A program made the position numbers and the translations under genes. The notes below the pieces were generated by a model. That model was not told the origin of the DNA and did no database searches. It was given only the letters and a program-made list of their open reading frames with translations. Positions 1-10,203 of a stretch of 64,000 nucleotides of DNA are shown here, piece after piece (position 1 is the stretch's first letter; each line of letters begins with the position of its first letter). The stretch is from Patescibacteria group bacterium (GTDB lineage Bacteria > Patescibacteriota > Patescibacteriia > PEXW01), in assembly GCA_041671325.1 (NCBI GenBank), contig JBAZBR010000003.1, positions 68,506-132,505 on the forward strand. Direction: 5' to 3'.

Positions 1-462
1 ACTATTATCATTCGGCAGGTGGGAGTGGCTTTTCCGAACGGCAATCCGTTTTACGTCCGGCAGTTCCAGCAGCAAGTTTATGCCATCCAGCAAAGTTTTG
101 AATTGCTGGCTGGTATTCACGGCAAGCTCAAACACAGAAGCGCTTTAATTACCGACCGCGGTTCAATGGATAACTCGGCATATTTACCGGGCGGAATCCG
201 GGAGTACCAAAGGGTTTGCCACACCAAGGCCAGCTTTGAATTAGCCAGGTATGCCAGGGTTATCCATCTTGGTATGCCGCCTCGGGACGTATACGAAGAA
301 CATAAGCAGAAAAATCCGGCACGAACCGAGATTTATGAGCAAGCCTGTGAACTTCATGCAAAAATCGCCACTGCTTGGTTAGGGCATCCCAATTACGTTT
401 TGGTTGATGAGCAGGCTTGGGATTCCAAGATTCAAGTGGTCAGGAATATTCTGACACAATAA
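1..462 (+). CDS. P-loop kinase/ATPase-like protein, C-terminal fragment. The reading frame is open back to the window start.
   Basis: The track ORF runs 19..462 with a GTG start. The frame has no stop back to position 1, so the gene is truncated by the window. Family assignment is weak (AAA_28 or nucleoside-kinase-like). Confidence 0.3.
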   Translation, partial: TIIIRQVGVAFPNGNPFYVRQFQQQVYAIQQSFELLAGIHGKLKHRSALITDRGSMDNSAYLPGGIREYQRVCHTKASFELARYARVIHLGMPPRDVYEEHKQKNPARTEIYEQACELHAKIATAWLGHPNYVLVDEQAWDSKIQVVRNILTQ

Positions 463-525
463 AAAATGCAAATTTGAAAACACCCTAATTTGGATGATTG
501 GGGTGTTTTTGTTTTAATTAACCTT

Positions 526-1419
526 TCAGGTTTCACTGACCACGGCTAAAGTAATTGCCGCAACTAGCGTAATTATTATGCCCGCATATTGATGGCGTTG
601 CAGACGTTCTTTATTGATGATGATACCCAAAAGAGCGGCTAGGGCAATATAGCTTTCGGTTATAGCTATAGTAATTGAAATAGGGATAACCAAAACTGCC
701 GTAGCATAGGCGACCCAGGCCAGGTTATCAAATATCCCTTGGATGACAATTGGCCGCCAATGTTTTTTCGCATGCAGAAAAGACGTTCGCACTTCTTTTC
801 TGATAATCATCCAGAGTAAGCATAATATGGCCAAAGCCGTGTGGATTCCCCAGATTGCTAGTAAAGGTTTTGAGTGCTGGCTTAAAATTCCAGTAAAAAC
901 ATTTGTCATTGCTGATAAAACCGTAGCAATTCCAGCTAATATTACTCCACGTTCAAGTAAAGGCTGTTTACGCAAAAAATGCCACCAGCGTCTGGGCTCA
1001 TGGTGAATAACCGTGATGATTAAGCCGATAAAAATGATTATCGCGAGTAACAATTGAAATGAGGTGATTTTTTCGCCAACAATAATAATGCCAATAGCAA
1101 TGGTAATTGGCAGTTCAAAGCTCATTACCGGTTCAATGACTGAAAGTTTTCCGAGACCCAGAGACTTAAAAAGAAAAATTGAATAGACAAAGGTGACTAT
1201 TCCAGTAAATCCAAAAAGCATAACCAGATTGCTTTGCCTGAAGAAAAGCGAAATATCTGACCAGACAAAAGGCAACAAACCAAATAATCCGAACGTGCCA
1301 ATAAAAAATAATGCCGGTACAGCGCCGACCGCCCGGACTGAACGCTGGATAGCAAAGTCGCCAAATCCCCAGGCTAAAAATGCGATAAATGCGGCAAGCA
1401 GGCCAGCTAAGGGTGACAT
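526..1419 (-). CDS. EamA/DMT-family membrane transporter
   Basis: 297 aa with about 10 hydrophobic helices. The duplicated five-helix architecture is typical of the drug/metabolite transporter superfamily. Confidence 0.5.
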   Translation of the reverse strand: MSPLAGLLAAFIAFLAWGFGDFAIQRSVRAVGAVPALFFIGTFGLFGLLPFVWSDISLFFRQSNLVMLFGFTGIVTFVYSIFLFKSLGLGKLSVIEPVMSFELPITIAIGIIIVGEKITSFQLLLAIIIFIGLIITVIHHEPRRWWHFLRKQPLLERGVILAGIATVLSAMTNVFTGILSQHSKPLLAIWGIHTALAILCLLWMIIRKEVRTSFLHAKKHWRPIVIQGIFDNLAWVAYATAVLVIPISITIAITESYIALAALLGIIINKERLQRHQYAGIIITLVAAITLAVVSET

Positions 1420-1453
1420 ATATGGATGAAGTATATCACCTGGTTATATAATA

Positions 1454-2740
1454 TTAGGAAACTGAAACCTGTTTTTCTAACCAGCTAATAACTTTTTTAT
1501 TAGTCAGCACCATTTTCAAATAATCCTTGTAATCTTCGGATTGTAATTGTTTCAAGACTTCAGGCTGGTTTGAGTAACGCAAGCTTTCTGCGGAGATTTC
1601 CCTTTCCATTTCTGAGTCGCTGGCATTGAGGTTTTCTTTATCAGCCAAAGTCCTCAAAACCAAAGCCACCTTGACCCGAGTTTCAGCCTTGGGCACAAAT
1701 TCCTTTTTCAGGTCGTCTTTGGATTTCTTGATGCTGGAAAGATAGTCTTCAAACTTGCCGCCATCTTGGCCAATGGCATGTTCCAATTCATGGAGCATTT
1801 TGTCAGCTTCTGCTTCAATTAAAATTTCTGGCAATTCACCAATGGTGCATTTGGTTAAAACTGCTTCCAGCATGGCTTGTTCGAATTTTTGCTGGGTTTT
1901 GATTTTGGCTTCTTGATGCAGGTTTTCTTGGATCTTGGCGCGCAAGTCTTCCATAGATTCAAACTTGCCTAATTTTTTTGCAAAATCATTGTCTAAAGCG
2001 GGCAAACTGACATCATATACCGCTTTTAGCGTGACCTTAAAATCTGCTTGCTTGTTTTGCAAATCTTTTTTGCCATAATCCTTGGGGAATGTCAGTTTGA
2101 ATTCCTTAACTTCATTTTCTTTCATGCCAATGATTTGCTCTTCAAAACCCGGAATAAAAACCTTTTCACCGATGGTTAAGGGATAATTTTGGCCTTTACC
2201 GCCATCCAAAGGCACATTATCCAAATAAACGTTAAAATCCACATCCGCCCGGTCACCAGTCTTGGCTGGCCGGTTAGCGCGCGCTTCAGCACTGTGCATT
2301 TTTTGCAAACCCTTGAGAGTTTCTTCAACTTTTTCCGGGTCAATGACTGCTGGTTTTTTCTCAACCTTAACAGAAGCAATATTGCCAATTTCTATGCTGG
2401 GCAAGATGGCGACTTGGGCCGTATAAACAAAGGGATTGCCCTCAGCCAGTTTTTCCAAAGAGATTTTTGGCGAACCCAAAGACTTGATTTGCTTTTCCTG
2501 GATGGCCTGGAAAAAAGAATCTTGCACTGCCATTTCCGCGGCTTCTTCCAAAAGCCCTTTGGAGCCGATTTTTTTCTCCACAATGTCCCGGGGCGCTTTG
2601 CCCGGCCTAAAGCCGGGAATTTTTATTTCTTCAGCCAGATGGTTGACGGCTTTGGTAATATACTTGGAAAATTCTTCAGGCGAGAGTTCGATTTTCAATT
2701 CAAGCAGGCTTTTGGGTTTTGGTTCAGAACTTATTTGCAT
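1454..2740 (-). CDS. tig: trigger factor
   Basis: N-terminal ribosome-binding signature GFRPGKAP, followed by PPIase-like and C-terminal helical domains. 428 aa. Confidence 0.85.
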   Translation of the reverse strand: MQISSEPKPKSLLELKIELSPEEFSKYITKAVNHLAEEIKIPGFRPGKAPRDIVEKKIGSKGLLEEAAEMAVQDSFFQAIQEKQIKSLGSPKISLEKLAEGNPFVYTAQVAILPSIEIGNIASVKVEKKPAVIDPEKVEETLKGLQKMHSAEARANRPAKTGDRADVDFNVYLDNVPLDGGKGQNYPLTIGEKVFIPGFEEQIIGMKENEVKEFKLTFPKDYGKKDLQNKQADFKVTLKAVYDVSLPALDNDFAKKLGKFESMEDLRAKIQENLHQEAKIKTQQKFEQAMLEAVLTKCTIGELPEILIEAEADKMLHELEHAIGQDGGKFEDYLSSIKKSKDDLKKEFVPKAETRVKVALVLRTLADKENLNASDSEMEREISAESLRYSNQPEVLKQLQSEDYKDYLKMVLTNKKVISWLEKQVSVS

Positions 2741-2820
2741 AAAATATCTTTAAGGTTAGATTTTTACCCTAACTTAATTTTTGGGATTGGTCAATAATTT
2801 AGATACTCATCGGGCAATAA

Positions 2821-2852
2821 AATAGGGCCGAAACTTTTAGTTTCGGCCCTGT
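2821..2852 (-). terminator. intrinsic terminator, possibly bidirectional
   Basis: Hairpin GGGCCGAAAC-TTTTAG-TTTCGGCCC. On the minus strand it is followed by a T-rich tract, downstream of the 2865..3338 gene. Confidence 0.5.
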
Positions 2853-2864
2853 AATGTGAGCACT

Positions 2865-3338
2865 TCAGGTGCGGATCAGTGCGGACTTTTGTTTTTCAAG
2901 CGCCTTTTTCCAGGCCAGATTATTGAAGTCGTGCGTGTTCCAATAATCTTGACGGCTTCGGCTTTCTGACACTCGGATTCCGTACCACCAATAGAATTGG
3001 CACAGCAAATATGTAAACTGCGCCATACCCGCAGAAAGGGCGCTGGGTTTTTTACTGATGAAAGTTTCGTTATACGCGCGCCAAGCTCGCCGGTTTTTAA
3101 TTGATTCAGGAATGAGTGCGTTAAGGCCCCCGAAGACGTATCGAATGACCAGGATGATGGCCACCATGATTTCTAGAAGCAAAGCATCACTCCAGGTCAT
3201 TTCATATCGATGGCCGAGTTTTAATTCCAGCATGACCAGGCAAACCACAACGTAAATTAAAACCGGGTAGCGCTTGTACTCATCAGTCCACATATTTGAC
3301 CAAATACTTTCGGTATTCAAAATGGATCGTTTTTTCAT
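2865..3338 (-). CDS. hypothetical membrane protein
   Basis: 157-aa ORF with two or three TM helices and no recognisable family. Confidence 0.4.
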   Translation of the reverse strand: MKKRSILNTESIWSNMWTDEYKRYPVLIYVVVCLVMLELKLGHRYEMTWSDALLLEIMVAIILVIRYVFGGLNALIPESIKNRRAWRAYNETFISKKPSALSAGMAQFTYLLCQFYWWYGIRVSESRSRQDYWNTHDFNNLAWKKALEKQKSALIRT

Positions 3339-3478
3339 TTAAAACGCTCCTTTTCGGGTTAATGGGTTAAATACCGATCATTTGAATCTTGTGTTTTCAA
3401 AGAAATGTTTATATTAAGTTAGCATAATCCAAAATAAAGTCAATACTTCACCCTAGCGCAAAAGCCGCTTAAATTATT

Positions 3479-3510
3479 GCTTGACAGCAAGAAGCTTATC
3501 AAGTATTTTG
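3479..3510 (+). promoter_or_regulatory. sigma70-like promoter candidate
   Basis: TTGACA, a 17-nt spacer, then TATTTT, about 85 nt upstream of ORF 3593. A GGAG ribosome-binding site lies 7 nt before that ATG. Confidence 0.35.
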
Positions 3511-3592
3511 ATTTGCGTAATTGTTACAAAGGTGGTAATTTTATTTAAACAAAAAAATCGAAAAAAGTTCATTTCTCAAAGACGGAGCATAT

Positions 3593-3874
3593 ATGCAGGA
3601 AAGTCTTTCGTTGACACAAAAGGCCAGGGTTTCATTGAGGTCCTATGCCAAGTTTGAGTCAATCGCGTTATTCGCATGCCGGTTAGCAATTGCGCTTTCC
3701 GTAGTAGCATTTTTTCTTTGTTTAGTATTCCCTAATATGCTGACGTTCCTTGGAGCATGCTTTATCGCGCTTGGGGCTGGTAGCTTCAAGATAATGAAAG
3801 ATTTATGTCGAAATATCCAAGAGCAAATAAGACAAGCCATGGTTGATCAACTTACAGGGAAAGGAGTGCTTTAG
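3593..3874 (+). CDS. small membrane protein (hypothetical)
   Basis: 93 aa with 2 TM helices, a good ribosome-binding site and an upstream promoter-like element. Confidence 0.45.
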   Translation: MQESLSLTQKARVSLRSYAKFESIALFACRLAIALSVVAFFLCLVFPNMLTFLGACFIALGAGSFKIMKDLCRNIQEQIRQAMVDQLTGKGVL

Positions 3875-4134
3875 GGGATTCTCTGTTTTGCCAAATTTAT
3901 TTCTCAAGCGGGCTGATTCACAAATTAGCCCGTTTTAGTTATGTTTAAATTTGTTTTAATAAGTTATCTAATCACTAAATACCCTTGCAAGTGAACAAAG
4001 TCGCGTTTTAATTTTAAATTTGGTCAATCTTTTCAATTGAATCTAATCGGTTATGAAAAGTGCACGATTTGACAGATGTATTAAATGAATTTAGAGTCAA
4101 GCTAAACAAGTGATCTTTTAAAAAAGGAATATAT

Positions 4135-4641
4135 ATGCAACCCGAGATAATGACAGTTTGTTATCCCATAAACGGCGCGCAAATAATACTTGGTTACAAA
4201 AAGGTCCGTTTAGGCGCTGGTTTGTATAATGGTTTTGGTGGCCGACTGGAAGTGGACGAAAAAATTGACACAACGGCTGCCAGAGAATTTACCGAAGAAA
4301 GCGGATTGAAAGCTGAGGAAATTGAAAAAATCGGGATCACACTCATTACTTATGAATCTGGTGAAAGGCCTATCCAACTTCATCTGTATTTAGTCTCAAA
4401 ATTTTTTGGAGAGCTGAAAGTGACAGATGAGATGGATCCAAAACAATTCCCCTTGACTGAAATTCCTTATGAGCAGATGTGGCAGAATGAGAAATTTTGT
4501 TTACCACTGATAATCCAACGGCAATATTTTGTTGGGCATTTCCATTACGACAGCAAAGCCAGTCGAAAGATGTTAACTAACAAAATTATTGCTCTGGACC
4601 ATGCTCCTATACCGGAAGACCTGAATTTTATAACTCGCTGA
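4135..4641 (+). CDS. Nudix hydrolase
   Basis: Nudix box GGRLEVDEKIDTTAAREFTEESGL (GX5EX7REUXEEXGU). AGGA ribosome-binding site. A hairpin plus T-run terminator at about 4634-4668. Confidence 0.8.
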   Translation: MQPEIMTVCYPINGAQIILGYKKVRLGAGLYNGFGGRLEVDEKIDTTAAREFTEESGLKAEEIEKIGITLITYESGERPIQLHLYLVSKFFGELKVTDEMDPKQFPLTEIPYEQMWQNEKFCLPLIIQRQYFVGHFHYDSKASRKMLTNKIIALDHAPIPEDLNFITR

Positions 4642-4735
4642 TTTTTTAGATCAGCGGGTTTTTATTATTGTTAATCATTAAGAAAAGACAGGCGTTTGAG
4701 ACCTGTCTTTTTGAAATTGCATATTAGTAATCTTG

Positions 4736-5296
4736 CTAGAAATTGGACTCAGTGCCCCCTGGCTTTTTGGCCTTGTCAGCGCCGAAAAAGTGTTCAAAGA
4801 CGTTCCGCTGTGTAGCGTCGTGCTTGTAGAATAAATACCAAGGCCGGATCCGGTTGACCAAATCTTCCCATGAGGCATTTTTGGCCAGCAGGGAGTCGCG
4901 CTCAGCGCGGGTGGCTTTATGCGCAGCCTCTTCTTTGACCAATTTTTCTTGGACTACGGGCAACATTACATTGGCCGGCATAAGTTCGTCGACCTTATCC
5001 TTAAGACTGTCGATTTTGGCCTCTTGTTTGGCAAGTTGGGCCTTCAATGATTTGGCCAGTTTTTGGCTGGCTTCGTTTTTCTGCATCAAGGTATCATAGG
5101 CCGACTGCAGGGCAAAGATTTTACCTCGGTAATCTTCCGTGCTTTGTTTCAGGGCAGCCACGTCACCTGTCAGCTTGTCGTTATCCGCTTTTTGGGTACT
5201 GACCGTGGCTTTAAGGTCAACCTTTTCCTGGTCAGTGCAACCAATGGCCCAAAGCAATGATAGGGCCAGGAAGATAGCAACGATATACCGGAACAT
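4736..5296 (-). CDS. coiled-coil lipoprotein
   Basis: Signal peptide ending in the lipobox LWAIG|C, then a long heptad-rich helical region. Confidence 0.5.
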   Translation of the reverse strand: MFRYIVAIFLALSLLWAIGCTDQEKVDLKATVSTQKADNDKLTGDVAALKQSTEDYRGKIFALQSAYDTLMQKNEASQKLAKSLKAQLAKQEAKIDSLKDKVDELMPANVMLPVVQEKLVKEEAAHKATRAERDSLLAKNASWEDLVNRIRPWYLFYKHDATQRNVFEHFFGADKAKKPGGTESNF

Positions 5297-5408
5297 ATTT
5301 TTGCTCCTTTCCGGTTTTTTTAAGGGGTTTATTGGTAAAGGACTTATTTTTAATTAGTTAAAAAGCCTAACATTATTTAGAAAAATGTCAAAGTTTTAAA
5401 TTTTATAA

Positions 5409-6860
5409 TTAGGTTTTAGGTCTTTTATCGACAATCCGTTTTTCCTTCAATTCACTTTCCATGCCAATCATCTGCAGGACCTCCTGCAGTTTTTTTTGCA
5501 CGATTATTGGAGTAATGCCAGTTTCGGATAAAATTCTTCGGTTTACATCCCTGGACAATTCATCAAAATTTACATTTGGCTTTGGGGCAAGGTATAAAAT
5601 CATTTCGTCAACTTCATAGGGGTCATTATTAACCTTGCCAATTTCCAGTTGCCATTCATCCAGATCCTTAATGCCGGAAAGGACAGGATAAAACGAATTA
5701 AGGTTAATTAATTCGCCTTTGACTTTAGTCAAGTGGAATTCTTTGATATCGGATTTCCTTTGGATATCCCGGGAAATTTGGGGCACATTGCGGCCGCAAT
5801 GCGGGCAAGGCTGCCAAGTTAAGCCTTGGATCATATCGCCAGTTTTGTACCTGACCATGACTGTGCCGCGCCAATTCAAGCTAGTGTACACCAGTTCACC
5901 TGGCGTGCCTTCGGGCACCTGATTGCCTTTTTCATCAACCACTTCAAAAATTTCCATATCTGGGTAAGTGTGGTAACCACTTTCTTCACTGCATTGCGAC
6001 CAAGCGGTCTTGCCTTCAGTCATGGCATAAGTGGCCAGGATTTTGGTTTCATAAGCACCAACCTCTTTAAGTAGTTCTTTGACTTTCCCCCGCAAGCCTT
6101 CACTGACCCTTTCTCCGCCAAAAACTACGAATTCCAAACCTGACCAATTCCGTTTTTGAGCCACGGCTTCACGCAAAATATGGTAAAAATATCCGGGAAT
6201 GGAAGTCACGACCTTGGCTTTTAAGGTTTCAATGGCGTCAATGATTTTAGGCGTACCTAGAATCTTGCCGCCACCAGATTGTAAAGTGGTCAGTTGCAAG
6301 GAGGAAGTGGCGAAATAAGTTAGCCAAAAAGCCAAATGCGGGGCATAGGGAAAGGCATTAACTACTACGGCGTCATTGGGGATGCCTAGGGTCTGGAAAA
6401 GCCTTTGCGCGGTTTCCTTGATGGTGTCCAAATCTTTAGTAGTATAACCCACGGCTGTAGGCAAGGCAGTCCGGCCAGTGGTGAAATGCAAATGGACGGG
6501 CTTGTATTCCCATTCCAGTTTTCTTTTGAAGTCCAAACCCGCCAGTTTTTGGAAAAGTATTTTGATCAATTTTGATTTGGGTGCGTATTTTTTCAGCAAG
6601 GCTTCATCAGGTTGCAGGATGAATCGGCGGGATTTGCCTGGGTCTTCAGCCGTAGGCGCCAGGTCAATTTTGGAAGTAAAAGGGATTTTTTGCAAATCAG
6701 CAATGGTTTTGATGTCAGTGAATTTTAAATTATGTTTTTCAAATAGTTCGCGGAAAAACGGCGAATAAGGCAGTTCATGGTGGAAAAACCTTTTGAGGTT
6801 TTTATTTTGGAGACTGAGTATTTCGGTTTTGTTCAAGTGGGAAAGGGTAAGCCAGTCCAT
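5409..6860 (-). CDS. adenylate-forming enzyme, PaaK/CapK (phenylacetate-CoA ligase / F390-synthetase-like) family
   Basis: 483 aa. ANL-type phosphate-binding loop HFTTGRTALPT (like SSGTTGKP). The N-terminal region resembles PaaK. Confidence 0.6.
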   Translation of the reverse strand: MDWLTLSHLNKTEILSLQNKNLKRFFHHELPYSPFFRELFEKHNLKFTDIKTIADLQKIPFTSKIDLAPTAEDPGKSRRFILQPDEALLKKYAPKSKLIKILFQKLAGLDFKRKLEWEYKPVHLHFTTGRTALPTAVGYTTKDLDTIKETAQRLFQTLGIPNDAVVVNAFPYAPHLAFWLTYFATSSLQLTTLQSGGGKILGTPKIIDAIETLKAKVVTSIPGYFYHILREAVAQKRNWSGLEFVVFGGERVSEGLRGKVKELLKEVGAYETKILATYAMTEGKTAWSQCSEESGYHTYPDMEIFEVVDEKGNQVPEGTPGELVYTSLNWRGTVMVRYKTGDMIQGLTWQPCPHCGRNVPQISRDIQRKSDIKEFHLTKVKGELINLNSFYPVLSGIKDLDEWQLEIGKVNNDPYEVDEMILYLAPKPNVNFDELSRDVNRRILSETGITPIIVQKKLQEVLQMIGMESELKEKRIVDKRPKT

Positions 6861-6872
6861 TTTTTTAAATAA

Positions 6873-7508
6873 TTAATAAGGCGAGGGGCGATTAGCCAAT
6901 TGGCCGATCATTGCCATAATCTCACGGGTAGTCTTAACAAGCAAGTCTTTGGTGATTTGCTCTAGGGGGATTTTAGGGAAATGCATTGGCTTGCCAATTC
7001 GTAAAAGCATGTCCTTTTTGAACATTAAACTGGCATATAAGCCTTGGTTAAAGGTCCAAGTTGCGGGCCCGTCAAAACCAAAAGGGACGACTGGAGTCCC
7101 TGTCCAATGGGCTAGCCTAGCAACCCCGGTTTTTCCGGGCATTAAAAATGGGGCAGAATTTCTCATGCCTTCTGGAAAAATTGCAACTGGATTACCATAA
7201 TCCAGTTCTTGTTTTAGGAATTTTAGACTATCTCCAGGATCGCGTTCGTCTTTACCAATCACACCCAACCAGTCAAAAGCCAGTTTTTTACCAAAAAATT
7301 TTACAACCTTGTCAAAAGACAGAAAAACCAAAGGCCTTTTAATCTGTGAGTAGACTGCGCCCATGATAAAAATCGGGTCGGGTGAGCCAATGTGGTTGCC
7401 TGCCAAAATAAAAGGTCCGGATTTCGGTAAATTTTCCAAACCGGAAATTTCCTTAAACCTTTTTAGGCCGAGCCTTAAAAACCACCTTAAGCCAATGTAC
7501 CTTTTCAT
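6873..7508 (-). CDS. plsC: 1-acyl-sn-glycerol-3-phosphate (lysophospholipid) acyltransferase
   Basis: HX4D motif NHIGSPD and a downstream FPEG motif. 211 aa. Confidence 0.7.
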   Translation of the reverse strand: MKRYIGLRWFLRLGLKRFKEISGLENLPKSGPFILAGNHIGSPDPIFIMGAVYSQIKRPLVFLSFDKVVKFFGKKLAFDWLGVIGKDERDPGDSLKFLKQELDYGNPVAIFPEGMRNSAPFLMPGKTGVARLAHWTGTPVVPFGFDGPATWTFNQGLYASLMFKKDMLLRIGKPMHFPKIPLEQITKDLLVKTTREIMAMIGQLANRPSPY

Positions 7509-8134
7509 CCTATATAAATTTTATTGGCGAAATTGGCGATAGGCGCCATAATTGCCTGATTAACTTTTTTTAAGAGATTATTGTCAATAGTCAAATTATA
7601 CCAGGGCGAAAGGTCAAGAGGCTTGCCGATTTTAATCTGCACACGACCAAAAACCAAGTCCCTTCGGTGGTCTGCAGGTTTTTGGGGCGGGGGTGAGGTG
7701 CGGATTAAGCTGATGGGAATTACCGGTACTTTAGTCATTAAAGCTAATCTAGCTGCGCCGGTTTTAATTTTGCCAATTTGGTTGGAGGAATTTACACCGC
7801 CTTCAGGATAGATTAAGACTATTTCACCCCTATTTAATAAATTTTTAGCAGACTCAAAAGATCTTGAACGGTCTGGGTAAAGCGGGATTGTGCCCAGCCA
7901 ATTTTGGATTAATTGGGAATGGAAAATTTTCCATTTGGCAATCACGTGGATTTTCCGATTTTTAAAACAGCGCATCAAAGTGGTGATTAATAACTGCGGG
8001 TCTTGCAGGCCCACGTGGTTAGAAACCAGCAAAATCGGTCCGCGGGCGGGAATATTTTCCAAACCCTCCGCTGACGCAATTCGCCAGCGGAGGAAAATGG
8101 GGTAGATGATGTTTTTAATAAACCCGTAGGCCAT
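7505..8134 (-). CDS. lysophospholipid acyltransferase (second PlsC-family copy)
   Basis: HX4D motif SNHVGLQDP and a YPEGG motif. It overlaps the downstream plsC by 4 nt (ATGA), which suggests translational coupling. Confidence 0.7.
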   Translation of the reverse strand: MAYGFIKNIIYPIFLRWRIASAEGLENIPARGPILLVSNHVGLQDPQLLITTLMRCFKNRKIHVIAKWKIFHSQLIQNWLGTIPLYPDRSRSFESAKNLLNRGEIVLIYPEGGVNSSNQIGKIKTGAARLALMTKVPVIPISLIRTSPPPQKPADHRRDLVFGRVQIKIGKPLDLSPWYNLTIDNNLLKKVNQAIMAPIANFANKIYIG

Positions 8135-8163
8135 TTTTAAGTTTCAAGGCCAAAAAGGAGGCT

Positions 8164-10170
8164 TTACAGCTTTAAGTTTATCAGCAAACCAACGATCAAT
8201 AAAGCCACGATGTTGATAATTTTAATCATCGGGTTGATGGCTGGGCCAGCCGTATCTTTATAGGGATCGCCGACCGTATCGCCAGTCACCGCGGCTTTGT
8301 GGGCTTCTGAACCTTTGCCGCCAAAATTGCCAGCCTCGATATATTTTTTGGCATTGTCCCAGGCGGCGCCGCCAGAAGTCATGGAAATGGCTACGAACAA
8401 GCCGGTAATGATTGAACCAACTAGCATGCCGCCTAAAGCGATTGGGCCTAAGATCAAGCCAACTAAAATTGGGGCTAAAACTGGGATCAGGGCTGGTACA
8501 TACATGGCCCTGATCGCGCCTTTGGTCACAATATCAACAGCTCGGCCATAATTGGGCTTTTGCGTACCCTGCATAATACCCGGCATTTCCCGGAATTGCC
8601 GGCGAACTTCCTCAACCACATAACCCGCGACTTTGCCGACAGCTTGCATGGCTTTGGCGCCAAAAAAATACGGCAAGAGTCCGCCTATAATCAAACCAAT
8701 TAAAATATTTACATCATTTAAAGAAAAATCCAAAGCATAACCCCGGTCAGCAAATTCTTGGGTATAAGCCGAGAACAATACTATTGCAGCTAAACCCGCA
8801 GAGCCAATGGCATAGCCTTTAGTTACGGCTTTGGTGGTATTACCCACGGCATCCAAAGGATCAGTCACATCCCTGACTTCTTTTGGCAACCCAGCCATTT
8901 CCGCAATACCGCCGGCATTGTCAGTGATGGGGCCAAAAGCATCAATAGTCACGATAATGCCAGTCAAAGACAACATGGCCATGGCGGCAATGGCTACGCC
9001 ATAAAGCTCAGCTAAAGAATAAGCGCCCCAAATGCCTGCGGCAATAACCAAAACTGGCAGGACGGTGGCTTTCATACCCACGGCCAAGCCGGTAATTATA
9101 TTGGTGCCATGACCGGTTCGGGAAGCTTCAGCAATAGACCTGACCGGGCGGTATTTAGTGGAAGTGAAATATTCGGTGATGACCACGATAGCAGCAGTCA
9201 CAGTCAAGCCAATTAAGCTAGAAAGGTAAATATTCATGACGCTGTACATGCCATTATCTTTCATTAACCAAGAAGTGATGGGATAAAAGAATATGGCTGC
9301 AATCACGCCAGAAGCAATCAAGCCTTTGTACAAGGCGCCCATAATTTTTTGCTTTTTACCCAACCGCACGAAAAAGGTACCCAAGATGGAAGCGACAATT
9401 GAAATAGCGCCTAAAGCCAGGGGGAATAAAACTGGTTTCTCATCACCGGAAAACATTAGAAAGCCCAAGAGCATGGCGGCAACGGCCGTGACGGCATAAG
9501 TCTCGAATAAATCCGCGGCCATGCCTGCATCATCACCGACATTATCCCCCACATTATCGGCAATTACCGCTGGGTTTCTGGGATCGTCCTCAGGAATGCC
9601 AACTTCAATTTTACCGACTAAATCAGCCCCCACATCCGCGGCTTTGGTGAAAATCCCGCCGCCCAGACGGGCAAAGATAGAAATTAAGGAACCCCCAAAG
9701 CCCAGGCCGATTAAAGCTTTAACGTCTTTGGTCAGCCAGTAAAATCCCGCCACCCCAAGCAAACCCAAACCCACGACCAATAAGCCGGTAACGGCGCCGC
9801 CGCGGACTGCGACTTTTAAGGCGCTGGCTAAGCCAGTCTTGGCCGCTTCGGCTGTGCGGACATTAGCTCTAACTGCAATGTTCATGCCTATATAACCGGC
9901 CAGGGCGGAAAAAACCGCGCCTACTAAAAAGCCAAAAGCCGTGTTGTGGTTGATTAAGAAGAAAATTATTACAAACAAAACAATAGCAATCCAGGCCACA
10001 GTTTTGGTCTGCCGGTTTAAATATGCCTTGGCCCCGTCTTGGATGGCTTTAGCAATTTCTTTCATTTTATCCGAGCCTTGGGGCAAACCTAAAATCCATT
10101 TAGCCAAGCCCAAGCCAACCAAAATGGCAAGGGTTGCCGCAATGATTGATATCAGTAAAATTTGCGTCAT
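8164..10170 (-). CDS. hppA: membrane-bound proton-translocating pyrophosphatase (H+-PPase)
   Basis: 668 aa, polytopic. Signature DNVGDNVGD and the GG...AAWDNAKK motif. Confidence 0.9.
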   Translation of the reverse strand: MTQILLISIIAATLAILVGLGLAKWILGLPQGSDKMKEIAKAIQDGAKAYLNRQTKTVAWIAIVLFVIIFFLINHNTAFGFLVGAVFSALAGYIGMNIAVRANVRTAEAAKTGLASALKVAVRGGAVTGLLVVGLGLLGVAGFYWLTKDVKALIGLGFGGSLISIFARLGGGIFTKAADVGADLVGKIEVGIPEDDPRNPAVIADNVGDNVGDDAGMAADLFETYAVTAVAAMLLGFLMFSGDEKPVLFPLALGAISIVASILGTFFVRLGKKQKIMGALYKGLIASGVIAAIFFYPITSWLMKDNGMYSVMNIYLSSLIGLTVTAAIVVITEYFTSTKYRPVRSIAEASRTGHGTNIITGLAVGMKATVLPVLVIAAGIWGAYSLAELYGVAIAAMAMLSLTGIIVTIDAFGPITDNAGGIAEMAGLPKEVRDVTDPLDAVGNTTKAVTKGYAIGSAGLAAIVLFSAYTQEFADRGYALDFSLNDVNILIGLIIGGLLPYFFGAKAMQAVGKVAGYVVEEVRRQFREMPGIMQGTQKPNYGRAVDIVTKGAIRAMYVPALIPVLAPILVGLILGPIALGGMLVGSIITGLFVAISMTSGGAAWDNAKKYIEAGNFGGKGSEAHKAAVTGDTVGDPYKDTAGPAINPMIKIINIVALLIVGLLINLKL

Positions 10171-10203
10171 ATTGCTATGAGTTAATTAATAAAGATTGAA
10201 ATA

